The notes under the pieces are model-generated. The model did no database searches, was not told where the DNA came from, and worked only from the letters and a program-made list of their open reading frames with translations. Both the position numbers and the translations under genes were made by a program. From Eledone cirrhosa (Eukaryota): a stretch of DNA of 64,000 nt. The stretch covers positions 186,310,001-186,374,000 of the forward strand of contig OZ024742.1 in the NCBI GenBank assembly GCA_964016885.1, given 5' to 3'. Each line of letters starts with the position of its first letter. The first letter of the stretch is position 1. Below are positions 40,333 through 53,193 of this stretch, one piece after another.

Positions 40333-40940
40333 AGGTCACCAGTTGGTGCTACTGGTAACATGTATCCCAGTACAACCTGTCTCATGGTCGGGTCGTTGGC
40401 GACTAAACTAGCAACCCCACCAAGGTTTCTTGGTGAGGAGGGTGACTTTGGACATCCTGCAGGACTAAAAACGAAACCTGTCAAAGGGCAAAGGAGCTCT
40501 TAAGACTCAATGACCATCCAAAATCACCGGGAGAGATGACCCCTTAGCCTTTGTCAAGGCAGAATTCTAGGAGAAGGAAAACTCTGATATAACACCTGCA
40601 ACCCTGATGGTATCCAATGATGTTGACTTGTTCTTCTTTTTGGTAAATATCATCTTGGTTAAGAGAGTGGGACTGGCTTTGTGCAGTGCCTTTGCTCACT
40701 ATAAATGCTTCACGGCACAGGCCTTGCTTTATATCTTGAGATCTCTCTGCACTTGTCGTCACATGGTACCGTGGGCCCAGCACTGTGTGTCAATAATTGT
40801 CACAAGTGTAGTGTTTGTACCAGAGTTTTCAAGTCGCTGGCTGGAGTAAAATGTCACACTTGTTCAGCGCATCGGTAGGGGTTCTCCTACATGGATATAA
40901 TGTAGTGGCCGTACTCGAAAACGAGTTGGCAGCCACCATA
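40330..40940 (+). mobile_element. Internally deleted LINE-like (RTE?) element
   Basis: GC-richer structured 5' part and a C2H2-like HKCSVCTRVFKSLAGVKCH remnant at ~40801-40858, followed by a short tail. Flanked by TA repeats. Confidence 0.4.
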
Positions 40941-40954
40941 TGTATATATATGAG

Positions 40955-41121
<167 letters not shown>

Positions 41122-41273
41122 ACCTGCGTCTCCAAGAGACCAGTGTCTGTCCTTAGGGCATCAACATATGTCAACCTCGGTCTCCCTCTTCCAGTGTTTG
41201 TTGGGGCTCCCACAGAAGCACTGAGTGCAGTGTGAACTCTGGATGTCGGTGAGCATGTCCAGCTAACCTCAGT
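41122..41273 (-). pseudogene. RTE-type LINE C-terminal fragment
   Basis: LRLAGHAHRHPE..VLLWEP / GRGRPRLTYVDALRTDTGL. Confidence 0.7.
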
Positions 41274-41870
41274 ATATATATATATACAGACATAATTGAC
41301 ATACTGGGTTAAATATATGAATATCTATTTAGAAGTACAAATGTAGAGCTATTGTGCACTTTTAACGTATGTTTATTACTCTGAGATTTAATTCATCGAT
41401 TTATCAATATCATCTTATTGAGTGCTTCGTGCAAAGCTTCCGAATATTATTCTTTCGCAAGATGCTAGCCGATGCTGCAACTTTGATTTTACTCACATTA
41501 TACATACATGATGGCTGCCCCCTTGTTATCGAGTATGGCCATTGCACGATATAACATTATTAATAATTATCAATTAATGCTATCGTGCAATGCCTGTGCG
41601 GAAGGACTGTGAGGAAGGACTGTGCACTGAGCCAATCCCACTCTCTGAGCGACAGTAGCTATAACCCGAAAAAAGAAAAGACGTACATCATCGGTAACTA
41701 CTGAGCTGCAGGTTTTATGTTGGAGTTATCCCAGTCTCATGAGTTGTCTTCTAGAAGAATGCCCTGACAAAGGCTAGAGGTCCTTCACTCCTAGTGGTTT
41801 AACCACGAGATCAGGTATCCATCCCGATTATTTCTATGTCCCTGCGCACATACATACACATGCATACATG

Positions 41871-42425
41871 TGTAGTGACCTACATTCTGCGGGCTCACAT
41901 ACATTCTCTGTGCGTGATTTGGCTCAGTTCAGCCAATCAGCGCCAGTAGAAGAGGATGTATCCCTACGCACCCTGAGGAAGAAATTCCCCGCGAAGATTT
42001 GAAGAATCTCTAGCTTGTACCAGAAACTTCGAGCCAGCAACACGCATAATGTAACAGTGAGATATTGCACCACTAGCCTTGCCGGCTTAACGGCGCAATG
42101 GCACATTCCATTTGGTAACCTCTTTGTATCTGTAACTTCAACCATATAAATAAACAAACATTTCATCTCTAATTACTGCGGTTGAAGTCGTTGTTATGTT
42201 ACTCGTGTCTCCATGACATCTTTAATCCATGCTGCTGGAATTGGCGACCTGACGAAAGGAATATTGTGAATAGATGGTAAATAGATCGAGGGACCTTCCC
42301 TCACGTCTATGTCAACAAGATAATCCAACGAGGATACTATCACTTACCACACTGGCAACTAACGACCACTGATTCTACCACCCTGCTAAAGTGGCGATAA
42401 CATCTATAACCAATACTGCTAAACA
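41871..42425 (+). mobile_element. 555-bp solo-LTR-like element, copy 2
   Basis: Same length and termini as 24395-24949, with only scattered substitutions. Confidence 0.75.
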
Positions 42426-42436
42426 TGTATATATAT

Positions 42437-42535
<99 letters not shown>

Positions 42536-42629
42536 AAGGGTGAAGAATAACATAGTCAACAGTACAAAAAGGGTTTTATTTACTGTATTAACAATTGTTT
42601 CATTGGTTAAGTTGTCTTAAAATTGCTAA

Positions 42630-44414
42630 TCAGTTGAAAGATCATAAATGCGACTTCGAAACTGACCCTACTATTAGATTAATATGCCCATCAAAGTCGG
42701 ATATAGGTAGAATTAGCAAGTATATACTAGATAGAATAATACCACACATTAAAGACAAACTAATAATTAAGCTAATGAAGCAATAGATTGGTTTAGCAAA
42801 TTAGACAATAGGGAAACTTCTGACTTCATACAATTTGACATCAATGACTACTACTCCTGTATTTCCCCAACTACCCTAAATAAAGCACTAACCTTTGCAC
42901 AAAAAACTCGGACCTATCATCCGATGAAATTAAAATAATACTAGCTGCTAGAAGAACAATCATTACGTTCGATAATAGTTACTGGGAAAGAAAAAATAGA
43001 CAATATAACTTTGATATCACTATGGGATCTAACGATTCAGCTCAAATAACGGACATGGTCGGAATTTATATAGCACTTATCTTACATAAGGAATTTGGTA
43101 GCCTCCAGGGAGGAATTTATAGAGACGATACATTACTTTTAGCTAAAAACTTAAATAATCAAAACTTGGAAACATTACGTAAAAAGATTAGGCCTAAACA
43201 TCACTTTCGAACTCAACTCTAAAAAAGCTAACTTCTTAGATGTATCACTCAACCTAAACACAGGACTAATAGAGCCCTTCCATAAAAATAACGAAAATCT
43301 AGCTTACATTAGGAATAACTCAAACCACCCTCGCTCCATAATTAACTCCATAGCACATAGTATATCCCTTAGAATTTCACGCTTATCTTGTAACCTAAAT
43401 ATTTTTAATGAACACGTTAACTACTACAACATAGCTTTACTTAAGACAGGCCACGAAGAGAGGCTCAAATACATACCAGATACAAACAACAACACACTTT
43501 ACAGCAATAACACCACCCACACCTATAGAAATAACAAATATAGGACTAAACATAGAAATAGGCAACGAGCACCAGAAATAATTGAATACTAATATAAGGA
43601 CCCCTAGGAACTATAGAAGATCCAGAGATAGAAAATACTTATGGTTCAATCCAATATTTAACTCCTCTTTAAAAACCAAACTACCTTCTATATTCTTTAA
43701 ATTAATTGACTAGCACTTCCCTAAACTTCACAAATACCATAACATTTTAATAGAAATACTATCAAACTATCTTACTCTACTGCAACCAACATAGAATCAC
43801 ACATACAGAAAATTAACTATAAAAGAATCTCTAATACAAATAACCTCCAAACAAGCACCATGACACCAAATACAAAACACATACACATAACAACATCACA
43901 ACCACACACACTTCAGAACACATCACAACAATACATCAACAAACCCAAATCTCAGCCTATACAAAACAACATACAAAACCGCATCGCTGAACCGGCACAT
44001 AGGAAGGCCTCGAAATGTAACTGTTACTTACCGGATAAGTGCAAACTACAAAATAGATGCATTGAATCTAATACAGTGTACCTATGTACTATAAATTCAG
44101 GCAACTTAGCATGGCACTACATAGGTTCTACGGCGGGGGTGTTAAAAAAACGTTGGTACGTCCACAGACATTCTATAAAAAACCGTAAACTAATGAATAC
44201 AACAACGCTCGCCAATAAAATCTGGCAGCTCAAAGATAAAAACCAAGAATACAGGATTAACTGGTCTAAATTGTCAGGGGCAATGGTCTACAAAATTGGT
44301 ATGTTCCACTGTAGACTTTGTAATATGGAATTATTCCATATTTTAAAATATGACAAAATGCTGCTTAACAGCAAAATTGAACGGTCAATTTTCTGTAGAC
44401 AAAGCATCAAATAA
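42630..44414 (+). pseudogene. Naiad-type Penelope RT + GIY-YIG pseudogene, 5' truncated
   Basis: [62 protein letters not shown]. Has frameshifts and stops. Clearly related to 37382-39580. Confidence 0.92.
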
Positions 44415-44838
44415 ATTCGATAATTTCAAACCAACTTGATTCGACCCAACAATTTCATAATTCAAATTATACCATCTGAGTCTATTATAATAACCCATTA
44501 TCATCATTGTTATTAACTGTCAATGAATCAACATCATAACCTATTATATTTTCTCTCTTTCATTTTCTATCTTTCAATTTCTTTCCCTTAATATATTTCA
44601 TCTCTTACATTATAACTTATTGTATTATCTTCACTTCTAAAATAACTTCCAATTTATTAATTTATTAATTTAAATAATACATATATGAATATATTTAATA
44701 CTTTCATGTTTATACCATCATATCTTTATATTTTAACCACCAACACCACAACTATTTTCAACAATCAACAATCATATTATGTTCATTTTCTTCGCACACA
44801 TACATTTTTTTAATTTATTTTTTATCATAACTTATGAT

Positions 44839-44962
44839 GATACCGAAAACGATAAATGGAAAAGAATGAAACGAAATTTCATTTCTCACTCTTAGTACGG
44901 CTGATACCTAAATATAAGTACTTATATTTAGGTATCAGCCGTACATTTATCGTTTTCGGTAT
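44839..44962. repeat. Perfect 50-bp palindrome with offset outer arms
   Basis: GTACGGCTGATACCTAAATATAAGT|ACTTATATTTAGGTATCAGCCGTAC, plus ATACCGAAAACGATAAATG / CATTTATCGTTTTCGGTAT. Confidence 0.9.
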
Positions 44963-45053
44963 GCCCGGCCGACTAACTCACTCGATATGCAAATTAGGCT
45001 GCTCAACCGTTAATATGCATAAGGAAAGTATATACTTTCAGACGTTCAATCAT

Positions 45054-45122
45054 CTGACAGAAAGGTATACGATGCTGACGATAGCTAATAAGCTTGAAAC
45101 TAGTACATCGTTCCTGTGTCAG
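45054..45122 (+). ncRNA. Type I hammerhead ribozyme in the 3' end of the second Naiad element
   Basis: ACGATG-CTGACGA-T-AGCT(aata)AGCT-T-GAAAC-TA-GTA-CATCGT. Stem III is the palindrome ACTAGT and stem I extends via CTGACA/TGTCAG. Confidence 0.8.
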
Positions 45123-45309
45123 TGTTGAACAAAAGGGCGACGATCGTTGCCGAGCACTGTACGACGTAATTCGGGCTGTTTGTTTACAAACAAATCGAAC
45201 ATTATAATAAATGTTCGGTAAACCCATACGTACATATATATATGTGTGCATGTATGTATATATATATACATACTGCATCTGTACACATATATGTATGTAC
45301 GTATACATA

Positions 45310-45395
<86 letters not shown>

Positions 45396-45540
45396 AAGAT
45401 CGGAATTAAGAGTATTCCGCAGTTCACAGTAATAATAATAATAATATTAGCTCAAAGAAGAATAGAGGATTTTCTTCTGAGCTCAAATGCAAATATATTA
45501 CACAAAGAGAAGTGTGTTACACAGTGGGATGTGTGTAAAG

Positions 45541-45580
<40 letters not shown>

Positions 45581-45619
45581 GCATATATTTATATATATAT
45601 ATATGTATATCTATATATC

Positions 45620-47012
45620 CCTTCCCCCTACTATTACCACTAACTTCTACCCACATACACACTTACCTCGCCACCCTACTAACACGACTAAAAAGACCCA
45701 CCACCACCCTTTCCTTCCCTCTTACCACCTTCACAAAAACACACACGCACTTACACCCTAAACACACCAGTATATACACTCACACACACCGACTTTACCA
45801 CCTCACATGTCACTACGCTTTCTACTCCCACATACACATAACTCCATACACACATACATACACACATGCCACTCTCACCCCTACACATCTGCCTGTCTAC
45901 ACAGCTACTACCCTCAGGTACACATGGTAGTACTACTATCACTCACTCCCACCAAGTTCTGTGCTGCCGGTACCACCTCCTCTCCTCCCTTTCACACATT
46001 GCCCTGCCATCATCACCCTCTCCATCCTTTCCTCCCACTCCTTCGACTTGACCATTTCCGGTTGCGCACGCCGCACTACCATTTCACTTCCTCATCGCAA
46101 TTCTCTTCTACTTGAACTCGCAATTTACCTCACTTGGAATCCACCCATTATACCTCCGGATTTTTACCATCCACACACACACACACACACACACTAACAT
46201 CCATTCAGAATCTTAGACATACACAGACACTTTCTCCATTTCCGCACACACACACACACACACACAACTACGATCTTCACACGAACCCACACCACCTACA
46301 GACACACCACGCATCATCTTCTCTTAAACACACAAACACACAAAAACACACACACTTGCACATTTACACATACACACACACCGCTTCCGGATTTGACACG
46401 ATCTCATCTCACCCCATCTGTCCCCTTCCATCCACACACACACGTACACACCTACTCCCATACAGGGACTATACACACACAGACATGCACTCTACCCCAA
46501 CACACATACAATGGCTTTTCAAAACCCACATTCACATACACTCGCTTCCTCCCAGACTCTCACACTTACATCCACGCATACACATATATTTATATCTAAA
46601 CATACACACCCCCCATATCTTCCGCCATCCACCCTCGGACTCTAATTTTCTTGCTTTCCCTCCCCACTCTCTCCCCCTCCAACCACCCCTTACGCCCTAC
46701 TACACCCTTGCATCCCAGACCCATACACCCCACCTCCTTCACTTGCACTTTTTTTAAAATTCTGTTTGTTATATATTTCTTTTAATTCTGTTTTTATTTA
46801 TTTTATTTTCATGTTTATTTTTATTTCTATTTTTCCCGCCCTTTCATGTTTTTCCTATTAACTCCCCTCCTCCTCGGTGTTCCTCTCTACTTTCCTGATG
46901 AAGGACTTGTGTCCGAAACATCGTAACCTCCCCCACTCTCACCAAGCTTGAAGCTAATAACACTATGTACTATTAACTCGTGCGTTTGTTTATTTGTTTG
47001 TCCTTTTGAACT
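45620..47012 (+). mobile_element. Highly decayed Neptune-like PLE 3' region, CA-rich
   Basis: Patchy similarity to 57000-58180, and ends with the same hammerhead-like motif and T-rich tail. Confidence 0.5.
46891..46926 (+). ncRNA. Degenerate minimal hammerhead ribozyme
   Basis: CTGATGA-A-GGAC(ttgt)GTCC-GAAAC-ATC. Stem II is identical to 58059-58083 but stems I and III are imperfect. Confidence 0.6.
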
Positions 47013-47133
47013 ATATATATATATAATCATTATAAATGTAAGCTATCGCCGTATTTTGACTAAGGAAATTAAAGAAATTATTTAGCCTGATAGTGGGGTT
47101 AAGAACCCTCGGAGAAATGGAAAAAGATGAGTA

Positions 47134-47210
47134 TTGACGTACATGGGAGTCGAACCCACATCTTTGGTTATGCAGATCACTGTGCTACCATTTACACCAA
47201 CACATCACCC
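47134..47210 (-). pseudogene. tRNA-like sequence (tRNA pseudogene or SINE head)
   Basis: TGGTGTAAATGGTAGCAC D arm and GTGGGTTCGACTCCCAT T arm. Acceptor and anticodon stems are imperfect. A deleted inverted copy lies at 47633-47690. Confidence 0.6.
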
Positions 47211-47262
47211 GTCTTTTTCCATTCAAATTAGCAGCTATAATCTTAGCAACTGTAATGTCAAG

Positions 47263-47449
47263 TAATAATTGTTTCTACTTTAGGCACAAGGCCAGCAATT
47301 ACCCAGTACATTACTGGTACTTTATTTTATGGACCCCGTAAGGATGAAAGGCAAAGTTAACCTCGGCGGGATTTGAACTCAGACTGTAAAGGGACGTAAC
47401 TATGCTAGAAAGCATGGCGTCCAACCCTCTACCGATACTGCCAATTCAC
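47263..47449 (-). mobile_element. tRNA-derived SINE (family B)
   Basis: Same consensus as 32971-33157. Confidence 0.88.
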
Positions 47450-47828
47450 AATATTTTCGAATCAGCAAGCGAGTTTGAAATCATTATAAATGTAAGCTAT
47501 CGCCGTATTTTGACTAAAGAAATTAAAAAATTATTTAGCCTGATAGTGGGGTTAAGAACCCTCGGAGAAATGGAAAAAGATGAGTATTGAGTCGAAGATT
47601 ATAGCTTCTAATTTGAATGGAAAAAGACGGGTGGTGTGTTGGTGTAAATAGTAGCACAGTGGTCTGGATAACCAAAGATGTGTACGTCAATACTCATCTT
47701 TTTCCATTTTTCCGAGGGTTCTTAACCCCACTATCAGGCTAAATAATTTCATTAATTTCTTTAGTCAAAATACGGCGATAGCTTTCATTTATAATGATTT
47801 CAAACTCGCTCGCTGATTCGAAACAATT

Positions 47829-48014
47829 GTGGATTGGCAGTATCATGAGAGGGTCGGACACCATGCTTTCTAGCATAGTTACGTCCCTTTATGATCTGAG
47901 TTCAAATCCCGCCGAGGTTGACTTTGCCTTTCATCCTTACGGGGTCGATAAAATAAAGTACCAGTAATGCACTGGGTAATTGCTGGCCTTGTGCCTAAAG
48001 TAGAAACAATTATT
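47829..48014 (+). mobile_element. tRNA-derived SINE (family B)
   Basis: B box GAGTTCAAATCCC followed by the core. Inverted partner of 47263-47449. Confidence 0.88.
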
Positions 48015-48038
48015 ACTATATATATATATATATATAGT

Positions 48039-48564
48039 AATAATTTATTTAAAGGATTGTTTAATGTTTGTTTGTTCTGCTCATCAATTTTTATAGTTCT
48101 GGTATCTCGAATTAGTACCATAGAACAACAATTATATTATAGACACCCTATATATCTCTATAGGTACTTAGTACTCAGAGAGATATTTACCTCATTTTTA
48201 TATATTCTCCAATCTATGTAGAGAAAAAATTCGTTGTTGCTTACTGCTATTTTTTTAGCAGCAAAGCCATCAACACGTCTATAATATTCCCGCTTTCACT
48301 AGCGGCCGGTTCACGTGAGGGTCACTTTAACGGCCATAACTCATACGAGCTGGTAGTTAGCATTATATTTGCAGACCGTAGGGACTTAGTCCTATAGAAT
48401 GGAAATAGCTATCTGATGAAATTTACTTTCCGTTGGAGATTCTCTGAATTTCTAATCTTTTGTAAATGGAAACCGCCGGTAATAGCATTATGAACAGGTA
48501 GATATTTAAATCATTTTTTAATTTATTTAAAGGATTGTTTAATGTTTGTTTGTTCTGCTCATCA

Positions 48565-48568
<4 letters not shown>
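48039..48568 (+). mobile_element. ~480-bp non-coding hammerhead-containing unit with a ~50-bp terminal direct repeat (retrozyme/pLTR-like)
   Basis: TAATTTATTTAAAGGATTGTTTAATGTTTGTTTGTTCTGCTCATCAATTT occurs at ~48040 and ~48519. (TA)n on both sides. Confidence 0.7.
48408..48486 (+). ncRNA. Type I hammerhead ribozyme
   Basis: GCTAT-CTGATGA-A-ATTTAC...GTAAAT-G-GAAACC-GCC-GGTA-ATAGC. Confidence 0.8.
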
Positions 48569-48645
<77 letters not shown>

Positions 48646-48661
48646 TATGTATATATCTATA

Positions 48662-48723
<62 letters not shown>

Positions 48724-48744
48724 TATATACATATATATAAATAC

Positions 48745-49991
48745 ATAAACGGAGAAAGCTATTAGCGATACCCCGACCAATTTCAACGAAGGAGTTATGG
48801 TAAAGAGCCAGATGGACCATAACGCACCAGATTACTCAATACTTAGGGTAGTGGGTAATAGGAGAAAGTATGACCCCGACGGCAGAGCTCAAGCCGTTTC
48901 GACGGCTATTTCTGGACTAAGGTAAAAGTTTTTAGTCTGGTAAATAAAAATCCCAACTTATATGGGAAGATTGTAGTTGCCAAGAGGATTGGTCAAAATT
49001 TGTAGCAGACACAGAAAACTTTATCATGGCAGTGGGTACGGGGTTGGGGTGGCTGAACTTGCCTGTAGAACGATAGGGGAGTGGTAGAGCCGGTCAAGCG
49101 TTGAAGGTGAAATCTATACGGCAAATTCTAAGGAATGTGCATGAAAGTAGGCGAAAAAAGGTTTCTTTAGAAAATGGAGGAGGGACGTTATAGAATTGGT
49201 AAATCAAATGAGATTAGGAGACAATGAAAAAATATAATAAAAAAGAATATAATAAAAAAATGAGAGAAAGATGTATCAGAATGTAAGATTGGAAAGTGAG
49301 AAGTGAAATAAAACAAAAACTAAGGAGTCTAACACAGCTGTTATAATTAGTTGGTGCTGCTTTTTCGGCCAATGCTATAGAATGAGTTGCTAGATGAGAA
49401 TTATTGAAATTTTAGAATTGGGTATTAAAAATTAATACATCTCTGGGGTCTAACACAGCTGCTATGAATAGTTAGTATAGCGTAATCGGCCAATGCTATC
49501 TATAAGTTACTGGGGTGGGGGTACTGAGGCTAAAGAGGCTCGATGGGCTGCCTCGGGGTAGGCGAAAGGGAAAACAAAACAAAAAAAACGAACGAAGAAG
49601 AAGATCCGTGGTGGAAAGAAGTGATAGGAGGAGACAAAGGGAAGAAGAAAACATAGAGGAAAAGAAAAGAGGTACATCTACCTATATAAGTTGGGGTTTC
49701 CCCTATCTTATTCGGCAAGTGGGGTGTTTCAGCCCTTGTCTACCCACCCGGATCGTTAGGGGGTTTGAGGGCGAGGTAAGTCTTCCGCAATCTGTGTTTG
49801 CATGCAGTTACCAGTTCGTTTTATTTGTTTAGGAGTTGATCCTTCGTAAACAGCATTTGTAATGTTTCCTCCGAGCATAAGTTACACGAACGGCGTCCTC
49901 CCGAGTAAGAGTTAGCTCTGGACAGTAAGCTCCAAGTAAGATGGTAAGTTATATTATTATCTTGGAGGTCCCAGATATGGCCCGAAAGTGT
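48745..49991 (-). mobile_element. Naiad-type PLE 3' fragment (GIY-YIG C-terminus + 3' UTR)
   Basis: TLSGHIWDLQDNNITYHLTWSLL..YSGGRRSCNLCSEE..LLNK aligns with the end of the 43860-44414 ORF. Confidence 0.85.
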
Positions 49992-52900
49992 TATATATAG
50001 CGTCTGAAAAGCCGACATCTAAGTTTGGAGATTGTAATTGAGCGAGGCGCCTATATTCGTCTGCGAAATCATCTTTAAACTTTTGCCATAAAGAGTAAGG
50101 ATTGCTCAATTCACAGACGTGCAAGAGAATAACAAAAAAGTGCCCTTAGACTACGGGTTGATTGTGAGATGGCAGCTTCCATCAAGGTTGCATCCCATCG
50201 TGCGTCATCTTCTAAAAATCCACGCATCAAGCAGGCTTCCCTGTACGTTCCGCAGGCGTATCCGTCGACGGTTCTCAGATGAGTGAAGCTGGTAGGCTCT
50301 CTTACCTCATGAAGCAGAAGTCGCAGGTAGAAGCATTCGTGTTGGGTAGGGTGGACCGTATAAACTCGCCCAAGGCAATTGTCGAATTTGATGCCTGGAT
50401 TTCAAACTACCTCTTGCCGCACCTTCCTTCGTAGCCATTTTGTTCGGTTCCATGTATAGTAAGACGGTATCTCAGAATACAGCAGAATTCGACGAAGTCG
50501 TCGTGTTGACAAAGTTTGAAAAAAGCGGTGAGTGTAGTTTCCTTTGGTGAGATCGCTAGCTAAGCAGCTGTTGCATCGTTGAAATACACCCGTGGACCGT
50601 TTTCAAGGTGAACGGCAAGTTGTTTAATGACGGGGTGTCGTTGGTGCAGCGGAAAGCCAACAATGCGCCAAAAGGCTTCATTGCTGCTAATGTATCGGCC
50701 TGCCTGGTAGTCAGATACCTCGTCTCTACTGTTTTCATGACGAAGACCAAAGACGGCAGCATCCGATCCCTTGTTTACGTATTTAATTGATTTTACTGAG
50801 TTGCAAAATTCGACGTTTATATAGGCGTTGAACGCTTTCAAGAGGAAGGGGAAATATGGCACTATCCAGCTGTTGTCAATTTCGCGTTCGCCAACTTTTG
50901 CTGTGAACCCACCGTCTTCAGGTCTCCTGCGCCTATACAACGGATATCCGTCACCGCCAGTCTGTAAAAACGGCCTGGGATATCGTTTTGAACACTTTCC
51001 GTCGTGTATGCACGGGGACTTCATATTGAGTTCATGTCCGCAAGGACCATGGACCATGTTTGATGTGACTATAGAGAAGAGGTCCTTGTCAATCGACGGA
51101 TCAGGTAGTTCGGCAGAAATGAATTTGTCGATGTAGTTTGAACTGATTTTTGTAACCAACCAAATCAAGATATGGGCATGCGGCAGCCCTCGTTTCTGCC
51201 ATTCAACCGTGTACATGTCACACCTGACAGGCCCCAAAACCTGTCCTTTCTTTAATAAATCCATTAATTTGGATAATTTCAGGCGAAACACTCTTGCTAT
51301 GAGATCGTGCCTGTGTCTTGGCGCTTGACCGTGGAACAGTTCGTTTGTAATCTCCTTCCATTTGGGATTGCATGTAAACGTTATGAAAAGGTCGGGGCGC
51401 CCAAAATGTCGTACGTAAGTCATGGCGTCCTGAGTCCCCTCGTGCATGTATCGGGGTCCCCCTGTGAACGTTGAAGGCAAAATACACACTTGCCCTAAAT
51501 TGTCTGGGGATACGTCGTTGTTAATTCAATCGCGTAGATGACTGTAGCATTCAGATCGAAGTTTCTTTTGATTTAATTTAATGAACCATAATCTCTCGGA
51601 CTCCATTTTAACGGCCATATCAACCGCAAATTGTTGAAAAAGGGCCCGAGAACGGTGTAGATGGTTGAATGAATTGTCCCTTACCATAAATCGGAAAGCG
51701 TAAAAATCCATGCATGTGACAGTTTTGCTAAGATGTGCCTCACCATTGCCTGCTGAATGTTGAGGAATGCCAAAATGGTATCCGTCCTCGCCGTTGACAA
51801 ATAGCAATGAATACTAGAGTGCATCGTAGGACCTGTGTGTCTCATTGATACGCTGTAATGTGCTGTCTCGGTGCTTTAGAATGACATCTCTCTTGTGCTG
51901 TTCACCACAAATAATCACAGCAATCTCATTACATGCTGGTGCGTGTTCTCCAGATGGCCTTCGGTCAGCATGTATGACCACACTAAAGTTTGGGTCGGTG
52001 GCTGTTTCCAAAGCGTACTTGAAACTGCGGACATAGCAGTTTTTGTCATGAAGCATTTCTTGAAGTTTTATTATGGTTTCAATGTTAGTTTCGGACGAAA
52101 TAGAGTTTCGCATCTCTGCCTGCTACTGATAGTTTCCAACGAAGTATAACTGAAGAAATTGAGGATCCTTTTCTGCCAGAGGCTGAATAAACTCAATCAA
52201 GTGGTAGATCTACCCCTGGACCTTGAAAGTTAGCATGAACCCACGTTCCGAGGCAAGCTTTGCTCCGAAGGATGTCATCTGAAACACGGAATTGTAGCGG
52301 CAGATATTACGCAGAAACTTCGATGATTCCTCCATCGTGTCTGTTAAAAGGAGTTGCAATGTCTCTGGAGGGTCGTGAATAGGAGGTAGTCTAACTTTAC
52401 CGTTTGAATAACACATTCCATCTCTCTCCCCTGGGCACTTTTTCATATGACAAAACTGGCAAGTAGAGGTCATTTCCCCAATTTGAATATCTGCATGGAC
52501 GGCGTAGTCGGAGGAGGGTCGTAGTTAAAGGCCTTCAACAACCATCGTGAATTGCAAGTCCTACAAATGACACGTAATGATTATCGCCGCTGTTCACTTT
52601 GCAGAAGTCGGCCACGTCGTTGCTCTATGGTTTGAGTATTTCGTGCAGCAGCAGTGGCAGTGGCGTCTCTGCTTCGTCAAACGGCGCCTCGGCCTTCATC
52701 CTCTCGAGCGCGAGCATCGGATGTTGCAGCGGCGACCCTGTTTCGTCGAACGGCGCGTCGTCCTTCATCCTCTTGAGCGCGAGCAGCGGATGTTGCAGCA
52801 GCGTCCCTGCTTCGTCGAACGGCACGTGATCCTTCATCTTCTCAAGCGCGAGCAGCGGAGGTTGCAGCGGCTTCCCTGCTTCGTCGAACGGCACGTCGTC

Positions 52901-53193
52901 TTTCATCCGCTCGAGCGCGAGCAGCGAATGCTGCAGTGGCGTCCCTGCTTCGTCGAACGGCACGTCGTCCTTCATCCTCTCGAGCGCGAGCAGCAGCAGT
53001 CGCGGCAGCATCTTTGTTCCGTCGAGGTTCACGCGGACTGTCATCCTCCTCCACTCTTGCAGCTGCCGCCTGCAAAAGCATTCTGTGAGAACATGATTGC
53101 AGTCGCATTTACATCTTCGGTGAGACGCCTTCGCTTAGACCTACTTGTATCATTAGATAATCGACCAATGAAAGTTATTTTCTTGGGGGGCAT
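49991..53193 (-). pseudogene. Helitron RepHel pseudogene (N-terminal repeats, Zn finger, HUH Rep domain); Pif1 helicase part missing
   Basis: CQFC...GMC.SNGKVRLP, FQMTSFGA, ILPSTFTGGPRYM, PDLFITFTCNPKW, VEWQKRGLPHAHIL (HUH), MVHGPCG, KYVNKG, LAVHLENG, FYLRLLL. Multiple frameshifts and stops. Confidence 0.95.
52645..53005. repeat. 60-bp GC-rich tandem repeat (~6 copies) in the RepHel N-terminus
   Basis: CCCTGCTTCGTCGAACGGCACGTCGTCCTTCATCCTCTCGAGCGCGAGCAGCGGATGTTGCAG recurs every 60 bp and encodes ARAREDEGRRAVRRSRDAAA-like units. Confidence 0.93.

Noticed and set aside
40330-40420. HDV-like ribozyme at a putative RTE 5' end
   Set aside because: A P3/L3-like ACC-TGTCTCAT-GGT is present, but I could not assemble the nested double pseudoknot by eye.
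47134-47210. Functional tRNA gene
   Set aside because: Acceptor and anticodon stems are mismatched, the anticodon loop is atypical, and it is embedded in a rearranged repeat.
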